This document shows, in pieces, positions 14,388 to 25,960 of a stretch of 64,000 bases of DNA. Both the position numbers and the translations under genes were made by a program. Where the stretch lies: positions 1,426,001 to 1,490,000 of the forward strand of contig CP110440.1 of the NCBI GenBank assembly GCA_026914245.1, written 5' to 3'. Position 1 is the first letter of the stretch; each line of letters opens with the position of its first letter. The DNA comes from Puccinia triticina. Taxonomy: Eukaryota. The notes beneath the pieces were generated by a model that searched no databases, was not told the origin of the DNA, and was given only the letters and a program-made list of their open reading frames with translations.

Positions 14388-15031
14388 AAGAAACCTTACT
14401 CAAATCTGGTACAAATGTTAAATCAATCTCAGGCCTAGTAGAAATTTAAGATATTGGATACAATGAGTCATATATACAAGCCATTAAATTTGAACAAAAT
14501 TGATGTAGCATGATATATTGAGACTGATTGTTTTTTTTGTTTTTTTTTTGGGAAAGTAGATTTCAACACTTCTGCAAGGCTCAAGTGACAATAATTCATG
14601 CCTCCTCATTCCTCCTCCCCCCTTCCCCTCCCTCCTTGACTTAACAGACTATTTTTTCTCAGGAATAATTCATATGAGTATGTAAAAATGACCTATTTGA
14701 TCTGGCAACAAAATGAAGCTTTTACTATGGTTGAAAACTAAGAAAGGAGGCAATCAAGAGAGAGATGATAGAAGTCAGATGTTGCAGGAAGGAAACAAAT
14801 TAAAGAGAAATTTCAAAAAAAAAAAAAAAGATCAATATATGCCATATTGATCAATATATGCCTTCCCAAATTCATCCATGTTTGTAGTGTAAGCGAGTAT
14901 CCGCTCATCCTACAGTCCATGCAAGCCGCAGCTGCGCAGCTCCAAACCGGCTTTCCCGCCCTTGGCCCCCCGGTGGACATCCGCCAATACATATCTTCCA
15001 ACAGCGACCACATATCCCCCGACAGCCACAT

Positions 15032-15563
15032 CATGAACCGACGTAAGAGGCTCCGCCAACAACGCTCCAAAGACAAAACTGATAGGCCAGCCGTGGAATC
15101 AAACAATGAACAGGAAGATGACAACTCAACACCTGCGGGATCTGATATGACCAATGAGCAGCGACTTGGTCAGTTTGAATAAATAATGTCTTCTCTTTTT
15201 TATTTTTTAGTACACACTTGTTTTCTTACGCAAAAAAACACCTTTGAATTCAGAACATGTGAAGATACTTGCACGTAATCAAGTCAGTTTGGCGTATTCT
15301 GCTTATCATACGACAGAGCTTTCTGATCAGGTCGATAAATTCCGTCGCTCAATGTGGAGCGTACATTCAACTTCAGACAAGACTATGTCTCCGTCAGGAG
15401 ACACAACGTCCATCCAAAATCAGTAAGTAGAGGTATGGCCTTGTTGTTCTATTCAAAGAACGACAAGATCAAACCTCTTGCTCTTCACAAATACCTTGAA
15501 AAGCGCAAGAATAAATCCAAGAGCAATATGAAAAAAACAAGGCTGTTGTACAGGATGTGGTGA
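15032..15563 (+). pseudogene. hAT transposase remnant (N-terminal piece joined to C-terminal dimerisation-domain piece)
   Basis: MNRRKRLRQQRSK... and ARNQVSLAYSAYHTTELSDQVDKFRR are followed directly by VERTFNFRQDYVSVRRHNVHPKSVSRG, which resembles the hATC ERxF...RR motif. Lies inside hAT TIRs. Confidence 0.6.
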
Positions 15564-17363
15564 CAGTCGAGTGATCAGCTGTCACCACATGTCAATTAAG
15601 TAATTATACATACATGATTTGATTTTTTCTGAATTCCTTTTTGAGGGGCGGGTATCCGCTGATACCTGGGCGGGTATCTGCTCACACAGGGGGGCATCCG
15701 CCAGCGGATGCGGATGCGGATACGGATGCCAAGAATGGGGGAAATACACCATCAGATACCCGAACATGAGCGGGTATCCGGATGTAAAACGGCCATCTCT
15801 AATTAATTCACTGTTGGGAAAATTGTAATTGGAGGACTTCCAGTAGGCATTGAGAGAGCTCTAGATTCTCATTGCTAATTAAGACACCTACCAAAAACAC
15901 AAACAGCACACATGAGAGCAACAAACTACAGTCTTAGGAAAAAAAATTCCTTTATGCTGAAAATTAGGAGTTTGTTTGTGTAAATTGAGATCTGGGAGGC
16001 TCCCAGACTTGACAGGAAGTCCTCCATTGTTTGTGGTGAATTGTATTGTAGGCTTGGTGTATTTTTTTTGCATTGGAACCCAATAAACCAGAATCAAATA
16101 AAATACAATTCAAATACAGACTTACTTTGGGCACTGCGCAGTGCACACAGTTTCAAACACTTTGAGCACTGTAGGTGAAGAAATCAAATTTTTGAAGATT
16201 GTTTTTAGAAAATCAATAGAATTGCTTTTTTTTGTCCTCTGTGATTTTTTGTGAGTTTTCTGAAGCTTCCTTGTATACCATAAAAACTAGTTAAGAAACT
16301 AGACAAGTACAGTCATTTGAAAATTAGGAAATTTCACCGCCTACTGGCAGACTTTGGCAGCCTTCATTTGCCATTGGCTTATTTTTCAAAGCGTAATTCT
16401 TGAAAAAAGTCTCCAAAAAGTTCTGGAGGATCTTTGTTGGAGTCGGGGAGGCTTGCGCGGCCGAAGTGGTGCGGGTCTTGAGTGGTTTCTGCAGCGTTTT
16501 CAGATTCAGGAACAGGGGCATGGGCGGGGTTAGACATGGTGATGCAAGTGTTGTGGAGCTGCTGGAATCAATGGTTGCGTTGGGGTGCTGTGTGCTGGGT
16601 GGGGTCCGAGCACCGACTCCTGAACTGCCGGCCGGTTCCGGTCGGCCGACTCCTAAACACAAGTGAAAAATAATCAACCGGGGGGGTCAGGGAATCATCT
16701 CAACGACTCCATTGCGGATGCGCGATTGGGAGAACGGCTCCCACGAAAGCCGCGACCCAACATTTCGCCCGGGCGACCCTCGCTGGACATCCTCAAATGG
16801 TCGCGCGGACGTCAGTAAAGATTGGGAGTCGTTTTCCTAGGGCTTCGGCGCCGTTTTTCCAAGCCCGGACAGTTTCATATCCCGGCAAAATTATTCACCA
16901 TTGCGGATGGTGGTGGGTGTGCAGATTGAACTTGTGTGGATGAAGGCTGGAGTGGGGGTATTGTCTCAATCGAGAAAAGGATCTTGTGCTGGTGTTTCAG
17001 CGCTCTTGATTTGCCCGGATTGCTGGCAAATTGTCTGTACAAAACCTGGTTTTCGGGCTCAGCTGACGTGGCCCGAAGTTGTGGGTCCAGGTCCACGGCC
17101 ACAGCCGTCGGATGCCCGTTTAATGGTGTGGAAGCTTATGAAACCAGTACAGAATGAGAATGCTTTCCCTACGAGTTTGAGCACACCCCATGTTTTATTC
17201 TCCCCATGTTTTATGTACTCTCCCCATGTTTTATTCTCTAAAGAATTTATCCATGGGTGAGCCTCATTTGGCCAGTATGCCTGATCCATAGCCGATTCCG
17301 AACCGCTAGTCTCGACCCAATTTTCCACCCGAATATCTGCCGTTGGTGTTGCGCACGCTCACA

Positions 17364-18763
17364 ATGCTTCTCAATGTGGCGGTTCTCCTCGTTGAGTATT
17401 TTACTCTTGTTTATTCCAAGGGAAAGTCACCAATCTAATACGTACTGCTTGGCTGCTGGCAGCTTTGCCAAGTGGCGTGTCGATCGACTGCCAGAGAGGT
17501 CGTCCATCCCGCGGGCGAAGCAGATCTACTGACAAGCCAATCGGCCACTTCGGCCCCGATACCTGCGACCACTGCAGCGGTTTCTGCCCCTAAGGCTCCG
17601 GGGCCGCTCTCTGGCCCCACTCGAACTTTTCATCGCCACTCCAAGCGTGCAGTCAGTGACGATCCTCTTGAATTTCTGAGCAACACGCTGACAACCTGTG
17701 CACGTTTTGTGCTCCTCAATGGTGCCAGCCGTCGGACGAAGAGGAGAAAATCTGTATGATCTGTCGAGTGCCGCTGGTGGCCCCGAGCGTGGACGAGGCT
17801 TCAAACGACGTTGTGCACGACGCAAGACTTGAACGGTCTAGGAGCAGATCGCGTATCCGCTTGAGACTACCAAGTTTCTCTCGTCAACGATCTAGCAGAG
17901 CGCGTTCCCTGGAACCTGAAGTACCTGAAGAGCCTGAAGAACCTCCAAGCACTGAACTAGCCGGATGGCCGTGCTCACACATATTTCACAGGAGTTGTAT
18001 GCAGCGATGGGTGAACACAGGGAATGACATTTGTCCAGTGTGCAGAACACCACGTATTCCGCCACCTGCTCAAGCTGGTGGACCTCAAAACGCCAATTCT
18101 GGTATGCATGGTGGGGAAGAAATTTGGGAAACACACCACCCAGACCTTTTTAGGGAATTTCCGGAAGAGGTGCAGGGATACGGACACGGTTTTGGACTAC
18201 CACAGTTCCATGGTGATTTTCAATTGCCGTCACCTTACCATGGTGATTTTGGATTGCCGTCACCTTACCACGGGGATTATGGATTCCCGCCACCTTACAA
18301 TGGTAAGCACCAAACACCATCACTTTTAGAACCAATTCTCGGCGGTCCGCCTGCCAGCAATGTGCTGATGAAGCATACATTGTAATCTGCTGCATGCCCA
18401 CGCTCACCAGCCGGGTACGAACCGTCGGGCTTTCCAGGATATTACGACGCCCAGCCTGCGATGATGCACATCCCACCTTGGCAAATGGCCCCACCCCAGC
18501 CACCGCCCGGCTACCGTCTCGTCGGGATGCGCCACGGAAACGGGGAAATGATTCCTCTCGACCATCTTCCCCCAGGCTTTCCAGTGCCCTTTAACGGCGG
18601 TCCTCCTCCACGCATGATCCAGCTTTCAGGGCCTTCACACAATCCTTTCGGCCAATTCTATCCCGGACAGGCATACTCGGTGAATAATCACAACAAAAAC
18701 TTCATCGATATGTGTTACATCTTCATTATAGCTTTCGGGCTTTTCCTTTATGTGATAAGATGA
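17364..18763 (+). CDS. Predicted secretory-pathway RING-H2 protein with C-terminal transmembrane helix (4 exons)
   Basis: Exons 17364-17390, 17463-17651, 17729-18302 and 18411-18763 join in frame via GT-AG introns. N-terminus MLLNVAVLLLCQVACRS (signal-peptide-like); RING-H2 CMIC-x69-CSHIFHRSC...CPVC; Pro/Gly-rich 10-aa repeats; C-terminus FIDMCYIFIIAFGLFLYVIR. Confidence 0.8.
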
Positions 18764-20067
18764 ATAAAATTGAGCCAACTAGGGCCCTCAAAGTTGATAA
18801 CATAGAATCCACAATCCCTGTTTAGAGACCGATATGGGCCGATTTGCAGCGGGTAGAGGGTTGATCTTAGACCACATTCCACCGAATTGCGTATCAACTG
18901 GTGGACAACACCCGAGTAAATGATCCCCGGGAGACCAACCATGAGCGCGCGCAACTCGACCCCCAAATTTCGGCGATGGCAAGCCAGCGAGAGAGCAAGG
19001 TGGCGAGATTTGAGAGAAATGGATCGCGTGGAGTCTGAGAGCAGCCGGGGCGGGGATGCTGTAACCCCTCCCCTCGGAGGTGTCACAAGTGGGATCACAG
19101 GATCCCCAATGATCCCATCCTGGCTCGCCAGAGATCGTTTTGACATCTCTCCCGAGCCAGGCCGCTGGGCCGGCCGTTGGGTCCAGAACTACGCCGAGGC
19201 ATCGACCGCCGTGTCCCTGCGCCCCAGTGCAGAGCCCCCCGTCGGGCTCTTCCACCTCGCCGGCCGGACGGCCTTCCTCCCGGCCGCCAACGAGGAAGCA
19301 GGGAGGCGCAAGAGGCCCTCGGGCGGCGCCGGGAGCCATCTCGATCCACGACGTCGACCACCCAGGGCCAGAGACACGCCCTCCTGCTCCGGTGGCGGGA
19401 GCGGCCCATTCGCACGGGCTCCGGCCCGCCGGCTGCGTGCATCCTCCAAGCGCCGGCGGGAGATTCGGGCCGGGCCGTCGTCCTGCTCGTTCGCGGCAGG
19501 AAGCTCGCGACGGGCTTGTGCGCACACATCTTCCTCCCCCAAGAGCAGCCCGTTCTCGAGCCTGCTCCATGGATCCCAGAGCCCGGCCGTTCATCCGGGC
19601 CGTTCGAGCCGGTAGGCCTCCTCGACCGGCTCCTCAACCGGAGTGGGGTCCGAGCGGCCCGGCAGCCGGACGCCAAGGCGTCAAGAGTACACCCGGCATC
19701 GGGGGCGCGCCCAACGGGCCTCCGGAGCCCGTCAGGGCCACCGAAGCTAGGCGAGGGCCAGCGAGGCACGGGCACACACGAAAAGGGCAGTGGGGCCCGC
19801 GCGGGGCAACGAAGGGTGAGTGCGAGTGGTAACGAGAGTGGAACAATGTGTGTGTGGAAGGGCCGCGCGGCGCGGCGGCGCGGACACCGAGGGCGCAAGT
19901 GCGGGGCGATAAACAGACGGACAACAAGAGGAACGAGGTGCGGATGGGGGGACGGACGGGGGGGGGGGGGGGGGAACAAACAACAACAGGGGACGGGACG
20001 GTGCGATTAAGTGATATGATACGATAGTAGGCTACAGGGGGGTACGGAGATGCTGGGGCGCGGATGG

Positions 20068-22632
20068 TTAGGGATGGGGCGCCCCCGGGTGCTGGGTGCG
20101 CTGCGGCGCGGGGGTGGGAGTCGAGCTGGCGTGCTGGCTGGGATGCTTATTGAAATTCTTATTCGAATTCTGGTTCTGAGTCTGGTTGAGATTCTGGTTC
20201 TGGTTCTGGTTCTGGTTGTGGTTCTGGTTCTGGTACGAGTGAAGCGCACCAGAGCCGGAGGAGAGCGAAGAGGGGACGGCGGCGGCGGCGACGGGGTGGG
20301 GAGGGAAGCGGAAGGGCGCGGGGGGGTTGACGTGCATGCGGGGCCGGAGGGAGGGGTCTCCGCCGCGGATGACGGAGAACAGGAAGTTGAGGAACCGGTC
20401 GCCGTACTCGCCCGGCGGGACCGCCGAGATCATCTCCTATTCCCCCCGCACACACACACACTCTCATCAGTCTTCTCCTTCCATCGGCGACAGAGAGGGA
20501 GAGGAACGCGCACCTTGTCGTGCGACATGCCTTTCCAGAAGTGCTCGAACTTCTTCACGAACGAGTACGGCGTCCTGAAGCACCACCCAGATCAACATCC
20601 GCCCAGAACACACAGATACGGAGGGGGAAGAGCAGGAGACGTACAGGATGTCGATGATGCCGAGGTAGTAGATGACCGGCAGGGGCGCGTTGGCGTCGTC
20701 GGAGGCCATGAAGCCGCCCTCGTCCTGGTAGAAGATGAACTTCTTCTTCTCGATGAAGCGGTCCTTGGCGGGCAGTCTGTGGGCGTACTGGGCGAAGATC
20801 TGAGGGTCGGAGGAGTGGATGGCCTTGCGCAGGGCGGAGGCGGCGAGCTCCTGCTCGGACGCCGCGGCGGGCGCCCCCGAGCCGGACGCCGCGGGGGGCC
20901 CGCGCTTCGTCGTCGTGCTCTTCCGGTGCAGGCTTCCCCCGCCGCCCAGCGAGACCCCCGTGCTCCCGACGCCGGGGACCACCGCCGGGACGACCACGCC
21001 GCCCGGGGGCGACGCCGTGCTCGGCCCGGCGGCCGGGTGCGAAGAGGCCGAGGCGGCGCCGACGAGGGAGGAGTTCGAGAGCGGCTGGGCGGCGGCGGGG
21101 GACTGGCCGTCGGCGACGGGCTGGACAGCCACATGGTCTCAGAGAGGATATATGTGTGTGTGTGTGGAAAGGGGAAGAGAGGAACGGACCTGGAAGACCC
21201 GCAGCTGGTCGTCCCGCAGCCCCTCGCTGTTCCCCCGGGCCATGTCGTGGAGCCCGATGAGCAGACTGTAGTCCATGATGCCGAGGTGCTGGAGGAGCGA
21301 GGTGTCGCGCTTGAGCTGCTCCTCGAAGAGGCCCTTCTTGGTCGGCCCGAGCTCGATCTTGCGCCCGCGATGGATCCAGTTGAGGTCCTTGAGCACCGAG
21401 CCGGCCTTGGCCTTCTCCTCGGGATACTCGCGGCCGACGGCGGAGCCCTTGAGGTCGAAGGTCTCGTGGATGTCCCGGTGTGGGGGGAAGAGGTTGTTCA
21501 TGATGACGAAGTGGATCTTGGGCCCGCGGGGCAGCTTGACCCGGTGCAGCCCGTAGAAGCGCGAGAGCAGCGTGTGCGGGTTGGCCTTGACGTGCTCGTG
21601 GTAGTCCTTGAGGATCGAGCGCAGGAACTTGTTCTCTGCCGGGTGGATGGTCTTGATGATGAAGCGGTAGTCCCGGCTGAAGTAGAAGAACGAGCCCGAC
21701 TTGCCGGGCGAGCCGAGCTCGGAGAGGATGTATTTCGCCGTCAGCGACAGGAGGTAGTCGGCCGGATCGAGGTGGAAGTATTCGCGCAGCTCGCGGAAGA
21801 CCCAGGGGGCATAGTCCTTGAACTTGAAGTCGTACTTGGCCGACGGTGTCAGCTCGTTGCCGACCCTGTGCCCAGTATGTCGTGTTAGTTTTTTTTTGTT
21901 TGTTTGTTTAGGAGTGTGGTTTGAGGAAGCTTACACATCAAACGTGAACTTGTGGCGGGCGGTGTAGTCGGCATCGGTAAGTGGTCTGCGGACCTTAGCC
22001 TGGCACCTCGAGACCTGTGTGGGGGGTCGGATGAGCAATCGTGGGTTTCTGGAGGGGATAGGGGGGGATAGGACGTACGCCGATGCGGATGCCGGTGAGC
22101 ATGTTGTACATGAGCACGTAGTTGACGTGGCCCTCGCCGATGAGGTTTCCGACGAGCACGCCGCCCTGGACGTCGTTGTTGGGGCCGGAGACTCTGCGCC
22201 TGGGGTGGTCGCGGTTGGAGCGCTGGGCGGGGTCGTTGGAGGCGGAGAGACGGGGGTGGTGGGTGGGGGTGGGGATGGCTATGCTGGCGGGGGGGTCGGT
22301 GTCGTCGATGTGTTCGATGCGCCTGGACTGGCGTTGCTGGCGGATGACCTGGGCATGGCGTGCGAGCTGGTCGTCGAAGCAGTCGTGTTTGGTGGGGCTG
22401 ATGGGGGTGTGTTCGGAGGATCTGGTAGGTGCGAGGCGTGCGAGGGGCGGCTGGGTGGGCATGGAGCAGTGGGAGGCTGAGCGTGCATAGGGCGGGTGCT
22501 GGATGGGCTGGAGGGCTGCTGGGGGCTGGCTGGGGTGGTGTGCGGGTTCTGGGAGTGGGATGGGTGTGGGTGGGCGGGTGTGTAGGCTGGGTGCTGGGGA
22601 TGATGCGGCGGTGGGGGCGGGTGAGGGGGGGC

Positions 22633-22693
<61 letters not shown>

Positions 22694-22846
22694 GCTGAGT
22701 TGTTGTTGTTTGTTGTGGTTGTTGTTGTTGTTGTTTGCTGCTGCTGCTGATGTGGAGGTGGTGGTGGTGGTGGTTGTGGTGGTCGTTGTGGTGGTTGTTG
22801 TCTGCTGGAGGGTGGTCGTCGTCGGGCTGAGCTGGGCCATCATCAT
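20068..22846 (-). CDS. MSS4: Phosphatidylinositol-4-phosphate 5-kinase (Mss4/Its3 family), multi-exon
   Basis: Motifs [81 protein letters not shown] and [13 protein letters not shown], separated by GT-AG introns. Confidence 0.93.
22634..22800. repeat. (TTG)n/(GTG)n microsatellites encoding poly-Asn and poly-Thr in the MSS4 N-terminus
   Basis: Direct trinucleotide runs, in frame with MSS4 exon 1. Confidence 0.9.
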
Positions 22847-24463
22847 GCTCGGCTGGGCGGAGTGAGGAGTGGCTGGGCGTGGATGGGCGGGCGGAGGAGG
22901 AGGGGCGGGCGAGGGAGTGTGTACATAGATGGGCGGACACTCCCCCGGGGGAGCGAGCCCCCGACGAACAGTGCCAGTTCCAACGAAACTCTCCAGAACA
23001 ACTGAAGAGATCAACTTCCTCCATCTTATAATCGGTATGGTCCCAACAATCAAGAAAGAGTCCTCAACCAGCTGCTAGCTTCACCAAGTCCCTCTGTTGG
23101 AGGGGGGCCTCCGAAGGAGGGACCTATACACTAAGTGGACCCTGCGGCAGCAGAGAATTAGAAAAATGATTTTCTTTCAATCCTCTCTGGGCGCGCCATT
23201 TGTCACCAGGTAATACAATGTTGGGGGAGCAAAATGTGCACAACATCATGGAGTTTCTTTGTACATATTTTACAAATTTTTTGGGGCCTTGGCCGGTGCC
23301 CCATGAAGTCCTTTTTTGTGACTGACAAGTGTCCACTTCATCGTGCATTCCACATTTTGCACTGTACAGAATCTGGAATTGGCAATGTTACAACTATGAT
23401 TGCAGCTCAACCAGAGGAGTTGAGTAGAAAGAAGGGGACAGCTTAAGCCATCCCAGAAATGTAAATTAGAGAAAGAAAGGTTCAGAAACAAAGATAGCAG
23501 ATTGATTTTAAAAAAGTCTCTGCCAAAAGTGCTAATTCTCTACGGCCGCGGGGTCAACATAGCGCCTAAGTCCCTCCTTTGGAGCTTGCTTTGCTCCCCC
23601 GAGGAGGGAATTAGCTAACTTAGAATCAGCTGCCATCTTGGTCTGGCAGATCAGCTATAGTGTAGTGGACTAAAGATAATGGGCTTTCCTACTAGCTCAT
23701 AGCCACACAACACTAGCACCAACCAAATATAGCAACTCCTGGCCCATTTTATCCATGCTTATTTCGAATCAGGCATCCCTTTTGGTATCCACAGTTTTAG
23801 CCCAATACACTAACACTGAGCGTCATCTCCTTGCAGACCAGGCTACTGTGATCCAGCATAGTACACCAGCACCAAAAGTGTAATTGGCAGCAGAACATCA
23901 AGGATCATGCAGAGTGCAATCATAATAACAGAAATTCAAGATTTCTTTCAAAATCAACTGAAAAGAAAATAGACTAAAATGGAATCTCAATTTTCTTGCA
24001 AATATGTATCAAAACCATTCTCCTCATGTACTGGGTCTTGAGCATTTTTGCAATGAAATACATTTCAAAAAAAAAAAAAGTGGATTTGATCCAGTTTGGG
24101 GCCAGTTTCAAAAATTTCCAAAAAAAAAAATATCTCCAAAAACTGTTGATGATTGTGCCCTTATCGAGGGAGTGCAGTACAAAAATTAAGCAAAATGAGG
24201 CATGGAGGATAGAGTTATACAGGGTATCAGCACACTCTTGCTCACTGGCTGGAAGAATGTTGCACCCACTGTGCATGCTGCCTTTAGCAGTGTTTGCAGC
24301 ACATCATTTGGTGATCTGCCCTTCTGTCTGGGAAGAGGGTGCGCAATTGGCCAAGCAATGTGCCGCATACAGGCCCTGGGAAACCAGAGGGAACGATGCA
24401 TGCCCTCATGAACACCACCAGCAAAGAGAGTCTTGCTCCCCATCATGAAGAAGACAGGGCGGG

Positions 24464-25960
24464 TCATATGTTCAGGTAGGGCGGAACAACATCGATCGTC
24501 ATCCTTGCGTTGAGCCCGAAACTCCCGCCTGTGGCTGCCAATCTTCCATTCTTTCATGTGTGTGCATGGCCGTCAGTTCCTGTGTACAGCCTCTATGCAG
24601 GTTCCACTCAAGTGTGCATACCTGTTGGTGGCATAGACCGGTTATTCTGCCCGCCATGACTTGCAGATCGGGCTTGTTTCTGTCCCATCGACGCGCCAGA
24701 TGAAAAGGGCGGATCACAGGGGGATGCAATGGCTGCTTGAGTAACTCGGAAAATGCGCAGAGAGATGGGATCGTTGACTGACAGCGTGACTTCCAACTCA
24801 TTGGCAAAAACAACTGAAACCTGGTGGAGGCAAAAAGCGCATATGTCAGCTGAAAATTGCTCAGAAAAATGTGGAATTGTCGTGGTGGTTTTGGATTCCC
24901 CTTGTGGGCCAGAGTCACTGACAACACATGTTCCAGATTCACCAGTCACTATTCCTGGCTCGCTTTGACGTGGAGCCAAAGGTGCTTGAGGATCTTCGGT
25001 GCGTGTGCTCATGCTATCAATCGCCCTAGTTTCTCAAAAAGATTGCATAGTTAATCACCATCTCTTTTTTCTTCTTCTTCCAAATAGAAAAAAAAAAAAA
25101 AACTTTTTGCAATCATCTGGGGTAATTGGTTTGGTATTTTGGGTGGCTATCCCACAGACCGGAACCCCAACTTTTGCGGCGCTCCCAAATACAATATTGT
25201 CGGGCTTGATATTTGAAAGGGTGACATTGAAGTTTGGCTTCTTGATGTTTCCAGCCTGCAATAATTAATCAATCTGCTCAGATGTTTACTGTGCAAGGGA
25301 AGAATCCGTGTCAAGTCCTATTGAAAGTATGTACACACAATTGCTTTGGGACATTGGCTGTAAATTTGGCTTATAGCAGCATCTACTTCTGGCTTTTTGA
25401 TGGGGCTGAAAGGGAAACACTCCATCAATAAAAAAAAACTGCTGATGGTAGTAGTATGAGTGGGTTGGAACAGGAAGGTTAACTCACCTTGAGGTAGTAG
25501 ACTGAAATTTGATCTGATGGGAAATCAAAGTTTTACTTATCATTACTGTTGATTGGAATGGATAACAAATCATTGTCATGAACTCACAAGGCAGTCGCCA
25601 GCAGCAACCAGAATTTGGCTTTCCCCTGGGGTAACCCGACCATTACTAGTATATTTGATGTTTTGGCGAGCCCTGTTTTGAAAAAAATATTCAAATTTGG
25701 GGAAGAGTTGGTCAGCCACGCATCCTATGATCAAGGCCATATGTCACAAGGGTTTAGAGGTTTAAAATGTGGTTGTGGCGACAAAAGCTTGAAGTGGAGT
25801 CACAGGAATAAGGCTCAGCATGCGTTTCACAATTGGCCTTGGTCACCGGTGTTGGGTCACAATCCGCAGGTTTTGGAGGCTCTGTCGTCAAATGGCCGTG
25901 GTAGAGAGGAGTGTGGGATAGCAAGCTGATCACAATGAAGAAAAATTTACAAGAAAACAT
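24464..25960 (-). CDS. Secreted Cys-patterned protein with two tandem 4-Cys domains (9 exons, about 250 aa), candidate effector
   Basis: Manual splicing gives an open frame: MFSCKFFFIVISLLSHTPLYHG...DCDPTPVTKANCETARQNIKY...AGDCLIKF...AAISQIYSQCPKAI...VCGIATQNTKPITPDDCKKAIDSM...SGTCVVSVV...ITGLCHQQNGRLAATGGSFGLNARMTIDVVPPYLNI*. The first intron needs a GC donor. Confidence 0.72.

Larger units (their letters stand above)
5657..14889. mobile_element. Non-autonomous CACTA (EnSpm) foldback element carrying a satellite
   Basis: Ends CACTACAAACATGG / CCATGTTTGTAGTG with 3-bp TSD TAA (5654-5656, 14890-14892). About 500 bp of unique inverted arm at each end, followed by inverted tandem arrays. No transposase. 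Confidence 0.9.
5536..15801 (+). mobile_element. Internally deleted hAT element (hAT-2), interrupted by a CACTA element
   Basis: TIRs TAGAGATGGTCACTTT / AAAACGGCCATCTCTA; perfect 8-bp TSD ATTAATTC (5528-5535, 15802-15809); subterminal GGTATCCGC/GCGGAT repeats. Confidence 0.85.

Noticed and set aside
18788..20010. Overlapping 230-294 aa ORFs in all frames in a GC-rich stretch
   Set aside because: Stop-poor because of high GC. No domain or consistent splice model found, although a real gene cannot be excluded.
20050..21888. 612-aa plus-strand ORF
   Set aside because: Antisense shadow of the GC-rich MSS4 coding sequence, with no independent motif.
21885..23024. Poly-Gln/His ORF of 379 aa
   Set aside because: Alternative frame of the MSS4 exon 1 microsatellites. 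The other frame carries the conserved kinase motif.
23640..23780. tRNA box A-like TAGTGTAGTGG suggesting a tRNA or SINE
   Set aside because: No convincing box B at a suitable distance and no cloverleaf.
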